Position numbers and translations under genes: made by a program. A DNA stretch of 64,000 nt, taken from assembly GCA_963782915.1 (NCBI GenBank), contig CAWALK010000022.1:192001-256000 (forward strand). Direction: 5' to 3'. Shown here in pieces: positions 20,028 to 30,006 of the stretch (positions are counted from its first letter, which is position 1; each line of letters opens with the position of its first letter). Under the pieces are notes generated by a model. That model saw only the letters and a list, made by a program, of their open reading frames with translations, had not been told where the DNA came from and made no database searches. The DNA comes from an uncultured archaeon. Its GTDB lineage: Archaea > Thermoproteota > Bathyarchaeia > Bathyarchaeales > Bathycorpusculaceae.

Positions 20028-20053
20028 ACAAAGTATTTTTTATTAATTTATTT

Positions 20054-20350
20054 TTATTTGCTGCTTCTAGGTGGATTAGTATGCAGCACTTCAATTCTCT
20101 GAACACTGTTTAGGTGCAGGAAAAGGTCGTCTCTTTCTTCGCGGCTTGCAACCTGCGGAACTGGCTGAGCAATGGTTGAACGCAGAACAATTGCTTCTGT
20201 CTCGGATAGCCATATGCCTGAGGGTTCATGCGTAACCGCAACTAAGGTACCTTCAAAACCGTAAGCTGGGTCTAGAACTACTCTGACTTTTTTGCCCACA
20301 TTTCGCTCGAGCATAAGGAAGATTGATGGGGGCAATTGTTGGTCTTGCAT
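20054..20350 (-). CDS. Sm/LSm-like protein
   Basis: L.R.VGKKVRVVL....FEGTLVAV, LFLHLNSV.RIEV. Confidence 0.65.
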   Translation of the reverse strand: MQDQQLPPSIFLMLERNVGKKVRVVLDPAYGFEGTLVAVTHEPSGIWLSETEAIVLRSTIAQPVPQVASREERDDLFLHLNSVQRIEVLHTNPPRSSK

Positions 20351-20590
20351 ATTTAGACTTCGCGGAATAGTAAGATACGTCTTCTAGAGATAAAACAGTT
20401 ACCCTCAAAAGGCATGGATTAATCTGCAGCACAAGAGCAAATCCGTCCTTTTCCAGCAACATCCTTTGCTAGGTTTATGCCAAAACAAAACAGCATACCC
20501 TTGGCATTATAGAAAAACCTGTACTATCTGGTAAGCTTTAGCTGGGCTAAATTTTAATAGGGCTATCTAATTCCATAGTGAAGACAAGAA

Positions 20591-22399
20591 ATGCAACCAC
20601 AGAATTCTCTTAACCACTCAATGGATAGCGCCAAAAAACATTACTCTTCACTGTTCTTTTTACCCTCATTCAAACGCGCAATCCTATCCATCACCGCCAT
20701 ATGCGCCATCGGCGTCAGCTTAACCGCATACGCGCTTTATCCAAGCATATACAGCGTAGCCTTAGGCATCTCATTATTCGTCATAACCGTAACCACCGAT
20801 TTGATAGTCAGTAAAGCAGTATTGAGAAACGACCCGATTTTTGTCATGCGCAGAACCTCCGCCATGTCCTTTTACTGCTGGCTACTCTGGCTCGCCTTTA
20901 TGGCATTAGGCGCAGGCTTAGGCTTCCTATTCGGCTCATGGATACTATGGGTTAAACTTACACTCATAGGATTCGCAGCAGTATTAACCCTGCGCATTAT
21001 GGTATTATCCGCAACATCGCTTGTTGCAAAATGGCGCCAAATAACCGCAGCGCTACTTCAACCAATCCTATGCATAGCGCTCCTGCTGGGTTTTTGGGCT
21101 AGCATCTCAACCTCCATAATCCAGCAAATCCTACCATACATAATCCTGTCACCAATAATCAGCTACGTAGCTGTCTACATTTTCCTACTATCCATAGACC
21201 GCTTGGGCAAAACCACCTATGGATTACCCGCTATGTCCCTGTTTCGAGCGTTCATACTAAACTGGGTAACCAACGCCAACGATCCACTAGAAAAACAACT
21301 CGAAGAACTCGGCCAGAACGCCGACATAGAAGTTAGTGTACTCAAGTTCGATGCCCAAAAACCCAAAGCCGCCATCATCATGCCACTCGTACATCCTGGA
21401 CCCTTCAAGAACATCGGCAGCAGCCTATTACCCTCACTTCTCAAGCATGGCTTCGAAAAAGAATACAGCTGCAATGCATGTACACCCTTGGGCATTTTGG
21501 GGCATGAACTCGATTTAGCTTCCCAAGCACAAAACCAAAAAATCCTCTCAGAAGTCCTATCGAAAGCAAAGTTTGACGCATCCTCTGCATTGGCTTCACC
21601 GTTTGTCCGCGCCAAAGACGGATGCGCCACTGCTTCATGCCAAATCTTCGGCGACACCGCATTCCTCTCATTCTCACTTGCACCGAAAACAACCGAGGAT
21701 TTACCCCAAGAATTAGGACGCGTAATAATCGAGGAAGCAAAACGGCTTGGCCTAAAGCATGCAGTTGTCGTTAATGCTCATAATGCATTGGATGATGTGG
21801 TTGATACTGATGAGCACTTAGCTGAGTTGGAGCGTGCTGCGTTTGCTGTTCTCAAAAAAGCGTCTGAGTTGCCAACTAAACCCTTCAAAGTCGGCGCTGC
21901 CTCTGTGTTTCCAGAATTCACTCAAAAGCAAGGCATGGGCACAGGTGGAATAACCGCAATCGTTGTTGAGGTTGAAAAACAGAAAACTGCCTACGTAATC
22001 ATCGACGGAAACAACATGATACCAAACCTTAGAGAGAAAATCCTGTCATCATTATCAGTTGCAGGCTTTGACGAGAGCGAAGTGTGCACCACTGACACTC
22101 ACGCCGTCAGCGCTTTAGTTACCGGAAGCCGTGGATACCATCCGGTCGGCGAAGCCATGAATCACGACCAACTCATCAGCTGCATCGGAGAAGCCACAAA
22201 ACAGGCAACAGGTAATCTTGAAGCTGCAAAAGCTGGCTGTGTCCAATTCGTGGTGTCACAGGTCCGAGTTATTGGTGAAGAACGGTTGAAATCAATTACA
22301 ACTCTGGTCGATAAGGCAATTATTAAAGCAAAAAAGGTTGCCCCCGTTGTTTTCGGTGTTGAGGGGTTGCTGTTTATTTTGATGCTGCTGCTCTTCTAG
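20591..22399 (+). CDS. DUF2070 family membrane protein
   Basis: N-terminal TMs; VHPGPF..IGSS.LP, NAHN, DGNN, TTDTH. Confidence 0.88.
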   Translation: MQPQNSLNHSMDSAKKHYSSLFFLPSFKRAILSITAICAIGVSLTAYALYPSIYSVALGISLFVITVTTDLIVSKAVLRNDPIFVMRRTSAMSFYCWLLWLAFMALGAGLGFLFGSWILWVKLTLIGFAAVLTLRIMVLSATSLVAKWRQITAALLQPILCIALLLGFWASISTSIIQQILPYIILSPIISYVAVYIFLLSIDRLGKTTYGLPAMSLFRAFILNWVTNANDPLEKQLEELGQNADIEVSVLKFDAQKPKAAIIMPLVHPGPFKNIGSSLLPSLLKHGFEKEYSCNACTPLGILGHELDLASQAQNQKILSEVLSKAKFDASSALASPFVRAKDGCATASCQIFGDTAFLSFSLAPKTTEDLPQELGRVIIEEAKRLGLKHAVVVNAHNALDDVVDTDEHLAELERAAFAVLKKASELPTKPFKVGAASVFPEFTQKQGMGTGGITAIVVEVEKQKTAYVIIDGNNMIPNLREKILSSLSVAGFDESEVCTTDTHAVSALVTGSRGYHPVGEAMNHDQLISCIGEATKQATGNLEAAKAGCVQFVVSQVRVIGEERLKSITTLVDKAIIKAKKVAPVVFGVEGLLFILMLLLF

Positions 22400-22935
22400 G
22401 CGCTCGGTTGTCTGCGTGGCTTTCTTTTCAATTCGGTACCGCAGATTTGGCATTCCTTAAACTTACTGTTTGCAGGGTACTGTTTGTGGCATGCGGGGCA
22501 GTAGCGTATCCACTCTAAGAGGCGTTTAATGCCAAAAGTAGCAAGCGCCAAAAACTCTATGCCCAACTGTTTCGCAACGTTTTGAATAGAGTAGTCATCG
22601 GTGACTATTTGGGGCGTGTAACCTTGTTCTTTGAGTTCAAGTGCAAGCGATAATAGTTGCATGTCGGCTTCAGAGAGCTTATGGGAATCGCCGACTTTGC
22701 ATGCTGAAGCTTTAGCGGCAACCGAAAACTCTTGAGTGGGTGATCTGACTTTTACTTTTCCGCTCTCAACAGCTGTTTGGAAACGCATTTTAACCATGCT
22801 GTTTCTAAGAATTTCTTCCTCAACTTTGGGCACAGTAACCTGCTCGGTGCTAGCGGCAAAGGGATCGTATCCTGCCAAAAAAGCGGATGTATCTAAAACG
22901 ACAACTCGGCGACATTGCTCGTTTGGTTCGTTCAT
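22396..22935 (-). CDS. nob1: Nob1-like PIN endonuclease with Zn ribbon
   Basis: VVLDTSAF, LSEAD, TDDYSIQNVA, CPAC..CQICG. Confidence 0.92.
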   Translation of the reverse strand: MNEPNEQCRRVVVLDTSAFLAGYDPFAASTEQVTVPKVEEEILRNSMVKMRFQTAVESGKVKVRSPTQEFSVAAKASACKVGDSHKLSEADMQLLSLALELKEQGYTPQIVTDDYSIQNVAKQLGIEFLALATFGIKRLLEWIRYCPACHKQYPANSKFKECQICGTELKRKPRRQPSA

Positions 22936-23771
22936 TCTGTTCCCTTAAAGAGCAATCTGTTGCGCAAGCGGTCATAGAAGTTGCTTTCAAACCGAATGAA
23001 CGAAGTCACGTTTTTGGAACGTGTTACCGTGACGGCTAGTTTGTCGGTGCTTATCATTTTGCGGTAATTGCCATCTATGAGTACAAGCATTTTTTCTGGG
23101 CGAAGCACATTGAAAGTTAAGGTTGAATCGGTTGGGAATACTAGTGAATGGAATACAGTTAAGGAGCAAATCGGTGTCAACACGAAGGCGTCTACTTCGG
23201 AATCCAGCACTGGACCGCCGGCTGATAGTGAGTAGCCTGTTGAGCCGGTTTGGGTGCCGATGATTAATCCGTCAGCTTGACATTTCAGGATTGGTCTGTT
23301 GTTTTTGCAGATTTCTGCATATAGGATCTTGGATGGTTCCCCGGTAGATATTACTACGTCGTTTAAGGCGTCTGGGAGGGCTTCTTTGCCGGCTGTAACT
23401 GCCATTTTGGTTGATTTTTCTATTTTGTAGTCGCCTTTTAGGGTGCGTTCGATTGCTTCGTAGGCGTATTGTGGTTCTACTTCGGTTAAAAATCCTCTAA
23501 CGCCCATGTTGATTGTTAGAATGGGTGGTTCCGGTTTGGGTACGGATATGGCGGTTCGCAGTATGGTGCCGTCGCCGCCGATGGTTATTATAAAATCGGT
23601 TTTCATTTTGCAGAGTGGAATAAATTCTTCTTTGCAAGAAACGAGGTTAGCGAGGGAGTCTTCTATGTAAACCTTCAAGCCCTTCTTGGTTAGGAACTCC
23701 GCTAGCTCCTCAGTGAGCTTTAATGCCGGTTTTTGGTCAAAGCGGCTGACTAAACCTACGGTTTTAAACAC
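22932..23771 (-). CDS. nadK: NAD kinase
   Basis: GGDGTILR, NMGVRGFL, LND, TQTGSTGYSLSAGGP. Confidence 0.95.
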   Translation of the reverse strand: MFKTVGLVSRFDQKPALKLTEELAEFLTKKGLKVYIEDSLANLVSCKEEFIPLCKMKTDFIITIGGDGTILRTAISVPKPEPPILTINMGVRGFLTEVEPQYAYEAIERTLKGDYKIEKSTKMAVTAGKEALPDALNDVVISTGEPSKILYAEICKNNRPILKCQADGLIIGTQTGSTGYSLSAGGPVLDSEVDAFVLTPICSLTVFHSLVFPTDSTLTFNVLRPEKMLVLIDGNYRKMISTDKLAVTVTRSKNVTSFIRFESNFYDRLRNRLLFKGTE

Positions 23772-23920
23772 TATTCCACCGCTGTGTAATATCCGTGAAG
23801 CTTAGTCTATATTAACGTTCGTTGCAAGTGGGATTGGTTTTTCAGGTTGCTGTAGAGAAGCTTTTGGATTATAATCAAGCCGGTGGGCTTTGGGGTCGCT
23901 TGCGACTTTTTTCTTTATCC

Positions 23921-24121
23921 CCCTTATTTATAGGCTCAACAATTGCAGGGTGGCGGCTTTGGGTGTTGCACGTTTGTTAGCACGCTTTTCTGGCGGCTCA
24001 GAGTTTGTGGAGTTTGGCGTTGGGTTTTTGTGCAGTTGTTTTCGGGTAGGTGTGTCTGGTTGATGCTTTCGTATACAGAAAACGTTTTGTTGCTCTGTGA
24101 GACCTCCCCTCCCCTTATATA
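23921..24121 (-). repeat. G-string intergenic repeat modules (reverse orientation)
   Basis: rc TTGTTGAGCCTATAAATAAGGG; rc TATATAAGGGGAGGGGAGGT..AGAGCAACAAAA; TTGATGCTTTCGTATACAGAAAACG shared with 1776-1800. Confidence 0.75.
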
Positions 24122-24256
24122 AAGAAGCAATTAGGTGCATTTGGCTGTTTTAGCGCTTGTTTTAGTGATGACTGCTTAGTTCGCTTTTTATACAAGCCAG
24201 CGGTAACAACTAAACTGTATAATCGGTGGGTAAAGAGTATCATCAAAAATCAGGGA

Positions 24257-25360
24257 TTGGGCTTCGCAGTTAAAACAGCAATAATTCTGCTAATAGGCTG
24301 TCTAATTCTCGAAGCTTCATCGCTACTTGGCTTCTCAACTGGATTAACCTCAATTTTTCCAGCATACGCCCAAATCGTCCTTATAGGTCTCCTCATCATC
24401 CTCATAGCCTTCAGCCTCATCGGTTTAGCAACAAACAAAAAGATCGCCTCCTATTCAACGCTGGTAACTTCCGTTGCTACCCTCGGGTTAAGCATAGCTT
24501 CCTTTGCCTTCAATTACATTAACAACCAAACCAGTTTCAATTCGATAGTTACCCTCTCAGTTTGGGCACTACTAAGTATAACCTTAATCATCAGCATCTT
24601 AAAATCAGTCCCAGAACCAAAAATCCCCATAGCAACCCAAACCTCAGGCACTGGCTCCTATGCAATTCAAACAATCGACGCCAACAAAAAATATGTCCTA
24701 GGCGGCTCAAACGTAGTGTCAGCCGTAAAAGACCTCAACTTAATTATCAAAAAAGGCGAATTCGTAGCAATAATGGGTCCCTCAGGCAGCGGAAAATCAA
24801 CGCTTCTAAACCTGCTGGGCGCTCTAGACAAACCCTCCTCCGGGCAAATTCTAATCGATGGAGTAAACATTTCAAACCTCAACGAAAACGAACTTGCCAA
24901 ATTGCGAAATGAAAAGTTAGGGTTTGTCTTCCAAGCATACAATTTGATTGCCCGATCAAGCGTAACCCGTAACATGGAATTGCCCGCCTTCGTTAAAGGC
25001 TACTCAAAAGAGGAAAGGGCAGAAAAAATCAGTTATCTCCTAAACATGGTTGGGTTAAATAGCAAAGCCCCCGTTAAACCCAAAACACTTAGCGGCGGTG
25101 AACAACAACGCATCGCCATCTGCCGTGCACTCATTAATGATCCAGAAATAATTCTGGCAGATGAACCGACTGGAAACTTGGATTCCAAGACAGGGCAAGC
25201 AATCATGGAGTTCTTCAGAAACCTTAACTCCGAAAAGAAGACAACAATCGTAATTGTCACCCATGACCCAGAAGTTGCTAAGAAAACCGATAGAATAATT
25301 TATTTCAGAGATGGAACCATTCTAAAAGAAGAAATAACAAGCGCTGGTATACTTGCATGA
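24257..25360 (+). CDS. MacB/LolD-type ABC ATPase with N-terminal ~4-TM extension
   Basis: GPSGSGKST, LSGGEQQR, ILADEPTGNLD, VTHD. Confidence 0.92.
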   Translation: MGFAVKTAIILLIGCLILEASSLLGFSTGLTSIFPAYAQIVLIGLLIILIAFSLIGLATNKKIASYSTLVTSVATLGLSIASFAFNYINNQTSFNSIVTLSVWALLSITLIISILKSVPEPKIPIATQTSGTGSYAIQTIDANKKYVLGGSNVVSAVKDLNLIIKKGEFVAIMGPSGSGKSTLLNLLGALDKPSSGQILIDGVNISNLNENELAKLRNEKLGFVFQAYNLIARSSVTRNMELPAFVKGYSKEERAEKISYLLNMVGLNSKAPVKPKTLSGGEQQRIAICRALINDPEIILADEPTGNLDSKTGQAIMEFFRNLNSEKKTTIVIVTHDPEVAKKTDRIIYFRDGTILKEEITSAGILA

Positions 25361-26970
25361 AAGTACAATATAAAAAATTAATCGTATTAGCAGTTCTACT
25401 GCAACTATTATGTTTTGCATTTATAATTCCCGTTCAAAGCCAAGTAACTGTTCCCATGCAAGTTAACCGGGCAGTTTGGGGTGAGAGCCTTAACTCTCCC
25501 ATAAAAGTTTACCCCGGTGATGAGGGAGTTTCTTTTATGGTGGAAATGCAAAATTTAGGTGAATCCTATACATTAAAAGGCATTTCAGGCATTTTGCAGC
25601 TTGAGAATACATCGTTTACGGACATCTATGGAAACACCAATGCAACCGCAACTGGTGCACCCACAATAGGTGACCTACTAAACCCATCTGACCAAGTAGC
25701 ATCCTTGGGATTCTTCACTATGACTTTCCACTTGAACGTCAAAGAGGATGCCCTGCCAGCGTCGTATATGTTGAATTTGCTGGTTAATTATTCATACAAT
25801 ACATTATTCTCTTATACCAAAGGAGTTACGCAAGCTCTCAACGTAACCTGCGCTGTATCTTCCACAGCAACAACAGTTTCATTATCAGCGTCTCCGGCTA
25901 AACTAGACAATGGCGAACAAGTCAAATTGTCAGGCAGCCTTCAACCCGCCAAGGAAAATGCTAACATAAACTTGGCTTTCCAAGACCCCAACGGAAACAA
26001 ATTTAACCAAACTGCAACAACCAAATTCGACGGTTCCTTCAACTATTCCTATACCCCTAAAACCGCTGGTTACTGGACAGTCAACGCCAGCTGGGCAGGC
26101 GACACTCAAAACAAGGGCAGTTCAGCTACAACATCCTTCGAAGTGCATCTACCCATTTCCTTAGCGCTATCTGTTTCTAATGACCGCATAAAGGCAGGCT
26201 ACGACAACCAACTTAACCTAACACTGAAGAATGATGGCAAAGTCGCTTTCTCTTCACTTAACTTCTCCTATACTGTACCTCCACCGTTAGTATCATCGGG
26301 CAAAAGCCAATGGCTCCTTAACTCTCTTGATGCAGGCAAAAACTTCTCTGTCCCAATCGTGCTCTATGCCCCGTTTGCATCCGTTGGAAACACTTACAGC
26401 AGCAACTTCATAGTAACCTGCAAAGACGATTATGGTCAAATGCAGAGTTACCAATTCACAGTTGGCTTAGTAATTGTTGGCAACGTAGAATTAGGAGTAT
26501 ACGACAGCGTTGTTAAACCACAAATCGCAATCAACGGTTCAGAGGTTGAAATAACCACGACGCTTCTTAATCGAGGCACCGTCCCAGCTATATATGTTAA
26601 CGCATCCATCCTGCCCAACGCCATCTTAGATTTGTCATCTCTAAGCTCAGTATACATCGGCGACGTAGATGAAAACTCACAAGCCCCCTTCACATTAGCT
26701 GCAAACGTTAACAAAGACGCCCAAAACGGCACTTACCCAATCACTATGAGAATCGACTACAGAAACGACCAAAACCTAGACAACTCATTCAACTACACCT
26801 TCAACCTCCAGGTAACAACCAATACCCAATCAGACACAATCAAAAACGATGCAGCTGGATATCCAGAAATCGGTTTAGTAGTAGCCATAATTGCAGTCGC
26901 AGCATGCTTAATCGTGTTAGCTTATCGCAGACAAGTCAATAAAAGCAAAAAAATCAGGGCAAACCGATGA
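25357..26970 (+). CDS. COG1361-like S-layer/Ig-domain protein associated with the ABC transporter
   Basis: Signal peptide, beta-rich domains (L.N.G, GTYPI...IDY), C-terminal TM. Confidence 0.78.
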   Translation: MKVQYKKLIVLAVLLQLLCFAFIIPVQSQVTVPMQVNRAVWGESLNSPIKVYPGDEGVSFMVEMQNLGESYTLKGISGILQLENTSFTDIYGNTNATATGAPTIGDLLNPSDQVASLGFFTMTFHLNVKEDALPASYMLNLLVNYSYNTLFSYTKGVTQALNVTCAVSSTATTVSLSASPAKLDNGEQVKLSGSLQPAKENANINLAFQDPNGNKFNQTATTKFDGSFNYSYTPKTAGYWTVNASWAGDTQNKGSSATTSFEVHLPISLALSVSNDRIKAGYDNQLNLTLKNDGKVAFSSLNFSYTVPPPLVSSGKSQWLLNSLDAGKNFSVPIVLYAPFASVGNTYSSNFIVTCKDDYGQMQSYQFTVGLVIVGNVELGVYDSVVKPQIAINGSEVEITTTLLNRGTVPAIYVNASILPNAILDLSSLSSVYIGDVDENSQAPFTLAANVNKDAQNGTYPITMRIDYRNDQNLDNSFNYTFNLQVTTNTQSDTIKNDAAGYPEIGLVVAIIAVAACLIVLAYRRQVNKSKKIRANR

Positions 26971-28199
26971 ATCCTCTCCAGATTGCACGCCTATCCCTTG
27001 AAGCCCTAAAAGAGCGACGCGTCCGTACAGCACTCACTATCCTCATGGTTATCATGGGTGCAAGCCTACTAGTCGCCATAAACGGTACAGGCAACGGATT
27101 TACCAACTTCGTCGATGACCAGTTTAGCTCGTTGGGCGCAAACGTCCTTATTTTGACTCCTCGAAGCGAAAGCATTACCATCAACGATAACCTTGCCAGC
27201 CGAATTTCCACAATTGAAGGGGTTCAAGAAACCGTCCCCTACGTTCAGCAAATCACCACCTTGCGTTCGCAGGGCACTGACCAGACAACCATAGTGCAGG
27301 GTATCGAGCAGACAAAACTTCCTTTGCTGTTCCCAACTTTAGCCTTCGATTCTGGTTCATTCGTAACAGAAACAGACAATGTCGGCGTAGTTTTAGGCAA
27401 CGAATTATCACGTTTACCGGACAAAAGCGGAGTTTTCGCCAGCCAAGGCGGAACCGTCACAGTTGTCTACCAAGGATACGAAAACCAAAAACCTACCAAA
27501 ATCGAAAAATCTTTCGTCGTGCGAGGGCAACTAAGCTACATTGGCAGCGCCGTTATCCCAGCCGACCAAATGTCTTTTATTTCAACGCCTTCAGCACAAA
27601 AACTATTCAACCGCGCCGACAGCTATGATGGACTCTACGTTATCGCCCAAACCCCAGAAATGAATGAAGCCGTACTCGATAGAATCCGCGAACAATACGG
27701 CAACGACTTAGTTATTATTTCACCCCAAACAGTCTCTAAAACTATCGGACAAATTACCAGTGGGGTTTATCTTTTCATCAGTTTGGTAGCGCTTGTTTCC
27801 TTATTGGTCGCTTCAGTCGGAATCGTGACGACCCTTCAAACCTCCGTGATGGAACGTGTCAAAGAGATTGGTTTGCTTAAGGCTCTGGGCTATGACCAAC
27901 GGTTGATTCTAAGTTTATTCCTCTTCGAAGCACTAATCATAGGCATCATAGGCGGGGTGATAGGTGTATTTCTAGGCATTGGGCTCTCACATGGCATGAG
28001 CGCAATCCTTGGGCAGAACATCAAAATCCAACCAAACAGCGTTGGACCTGGTCTTCAGGTACAGATCATCCCAAGTTTCGATGCTTGGTACATAGTTTTC
28101 ACCTGGGGCTTATGCGTCTGCTTAAGCGTACTATCAGGCTTGTACCCATCTTGGAGAGCATCACGCTTAGACCCTGTAGTAGCACTGAAAACTGAGTAA
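26967..28199 (+). CDS. MacB/FtsX-type ABC permease
   Basis: RTALTILMVIMG, SVMERVKEIGLLKALG, YPSWRASRLDPVVAL. Confidence 0.93.
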   Translation: MNPLQIARLSLEALKERRVRTALTILMVIMGASLLVAINGTGNGFTNFVDDQFSSLGANVLILTPRSESITINDNLASRISTIEGVQETVPYVQQITTLRSQGTDQTTIVQGIEQTKLPLLFPTLAFDSGSFVTETDNVGVVLGNELSRLPDKSGVFASQGGTVTVVYQGYENQKPTKIEKSFVVRGQLSYIGSAVIPADQMSFISTPSAQKLFNRADSYDGLYVIAQTPEMNEAVLDRIREQYGNDLVIISPQTVSKTIGQITSGVYLFISLVALVSLLVASVGIVTTLQTSVMERVKEIGLLKALGYDQRLILSLFLFEALIIGIIGGVIGVFLGIGLSHGMSAILGQNIKIQPNSVGPGLQVQIIPSFDAWYIVFTWGLCVCLSVLSGLYPSWRASRLDPVVALKTE

Positions 28200-28370
28200 T
28201 CAGCAAATTTTCTCTTTTTCTTGACCCAAAACAGGGTTAACCGCCTGATTTTTAGGTGTAAACAAGCGCAGAAGTTGCAGATGTTTACTCATATGCCCAA
28301 AAATTAATGCATATCTATATATGGGTGTTATTCAAAATGCATTGAGTAGAACCAAAAATGTGGTGAATGT

Positions 28371-28763
28371 ATGAGCAGACCAGTAGATGTCGGAGAATTA
28401 CGCGTTGGCGGTTACATGATGATCGATGGCGAACCCTGCCGCATAATGGACATTTCAAAATCCAAACCAGGCAAACACGGTTCAGCCAAAGCCAGAATCG
28501 TAGCCATAGGCGTCTTTGACAATCAAAAAAGACAATTCGTCAAACCAGTTGACCTCGGCGCAGAAATTCCAATCATCGACAAAAGAGCCGGACAAGTCTT
28601 CTCAGTTAACCCGAACGGCGTGCAGATTATGGACCTAGAAACTTACGAGTACATAGACGCTCCATATCCTGAAGAAGAAGAACTTAAAGCCAAATTGCTC
28701 GCCGGCACTGAAATCGAGTACTGGAAGATTCTTGGTAAAGTAAAAATCGTAAGAGCAAAATAG
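28371..28763 (+). CDS. eif5a: translation factor aIF-5A
   Basis: SKPGKHGSAK hypusine motif. Confidence 0.97.
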   Translation: MSRPVDVGELRVGGYMMIDGEPCRIMDISKSKPGKHGSAKARIVAIGVFDNQKRQFVKPVDLGAEIPIIDKRAGQVFSVNPNGVQIMDLETYEYIDAPYPEEEELKAKLLAGTEIEYWKILGKVKIVRAK

Positions 28764-28986
28764 TTTAAGTTAACTTTTTTGTTTTTTCTTCAATTCTTTT
28801 TACTACTATTATTCATATACCCCTGATCTTTCTTTAAATCGGAAAATATTTGGAAAAGTACTCACGATAGGTGAGTGCATCTTATTAGCTGATTGAGATA
28901 GTTTCCCTACTGATTGATGTAGAAAACTTCGATCTTTGGACTGAGGCAGGGAAAGCGGCATTATTACAGACCAAATAATTGACACT

Positions 28987-29760
28987 ATGGCGGACCTAGG
29001 TCTTACTTTAGTGCAGGCTAGAATATACACGGTATTGGCAAAATCAGGAATTCTAACCGCTAGAGCTACAGCAAAAAATGCAAAAGTAGCCCCCCAAGAC
29101 ATCTATCGTATATTAAATGAACTATCGGAAAAAGGCTTAGTAGAAAGAATCATTGACAAACCAACCCGATATATGGCTATGCCCTTAGAAGAAGGCCTTA
29201 ACTTACTATTAAAACGCAGAAAAGAAAAAATCGTAGACTTGGAAAAAACAGTAGTACAATTATCGGAATTATCGAAAGCTTTCCCCGGCATATCTGAAGA
29301 AAAGATAGGGGGCTTTATCATCATTCCGGAAAAAGAGTCTATAGAAAAAATGGTTAACAAAATTTTTAACACCGCAAAAGTTAGCATCGACATGATCAAT
29401 GACATGCCCGAGGTTCTAATTGCCCACGACAAGCATCTAGAACCCAAACGTAGAGCCCTCAAAAACGGTGTTAAAATCCGAGATATACTGTGTCTTCAAA
29501 GAGGCGAATCGCCCTTGCCCAAAGGCTTTATAGATTTTTTGAAAGAAAACCAAAACATCTTTATTAAAAGCACAAAAATAACAGCACCTATAAAATTAAT
29601 AATCAAAGACAAATCAGAATTGTTCATGTCTACTATCATTAAGTCCGATACTTTGTCTCAGCCTTTCTTATGGTCGAACAATGAGGTATTACTGCATATG
29701 GCTCAACAATGGTATGACCGTATGTGGCTGGAAGCAAACGGTGATATAACAGCTTTGTAG
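28987..29760 (+). CDS. TrmB family transcriptional regulator
   Basis: LGLTLVQARIY, DIYRILNELSEKGLVE, WSNNEV..WYDRMW. Confidence 0.9.
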   Translation: MADLGLTLVQARIYTVLAKSGILTARATAKNAKVAPQDIYRILNELSEKGLVERIIDKPTRYMAMPLEEGLNLLLKRRKEKIVDLEKTVVQLSELSKAFPGISEEKIGGFIIIPEKESIEKMVNKIFNTAKVSIDMINDMPEVLIAHDKHLEPKRRALKNGVKIRDILCLQRGESPLPKGFIDFLKENQNIFIKSTKITAPIKLIIKDKSELFMSTIIKSDTLSQPFLWSNNEVLLHMAQQWYDRMWLEANGDITAL

Positions 29761-30006
29761 GTTGGATTCGGGTTGACTGCATTACTAATTAATGCGAGAT
29801 TTTATGATTTTTTCATAGATTGCGAATATTATTAATGTAAAAGAATTTACCTAATTTAGCCAAAAATTTGGTTTTTAGTGGTTTTTTAGGAACTAATATT
29901 GGATAACCGTTTGGCGTTTGGCTGGTAGTCGGAACCTACTACAGTGCTACCTTAAAAACAGATTGAACTAAAAAGAGTAGTTTATAAAATTAGGAAGAGA
30001 AAAAAA

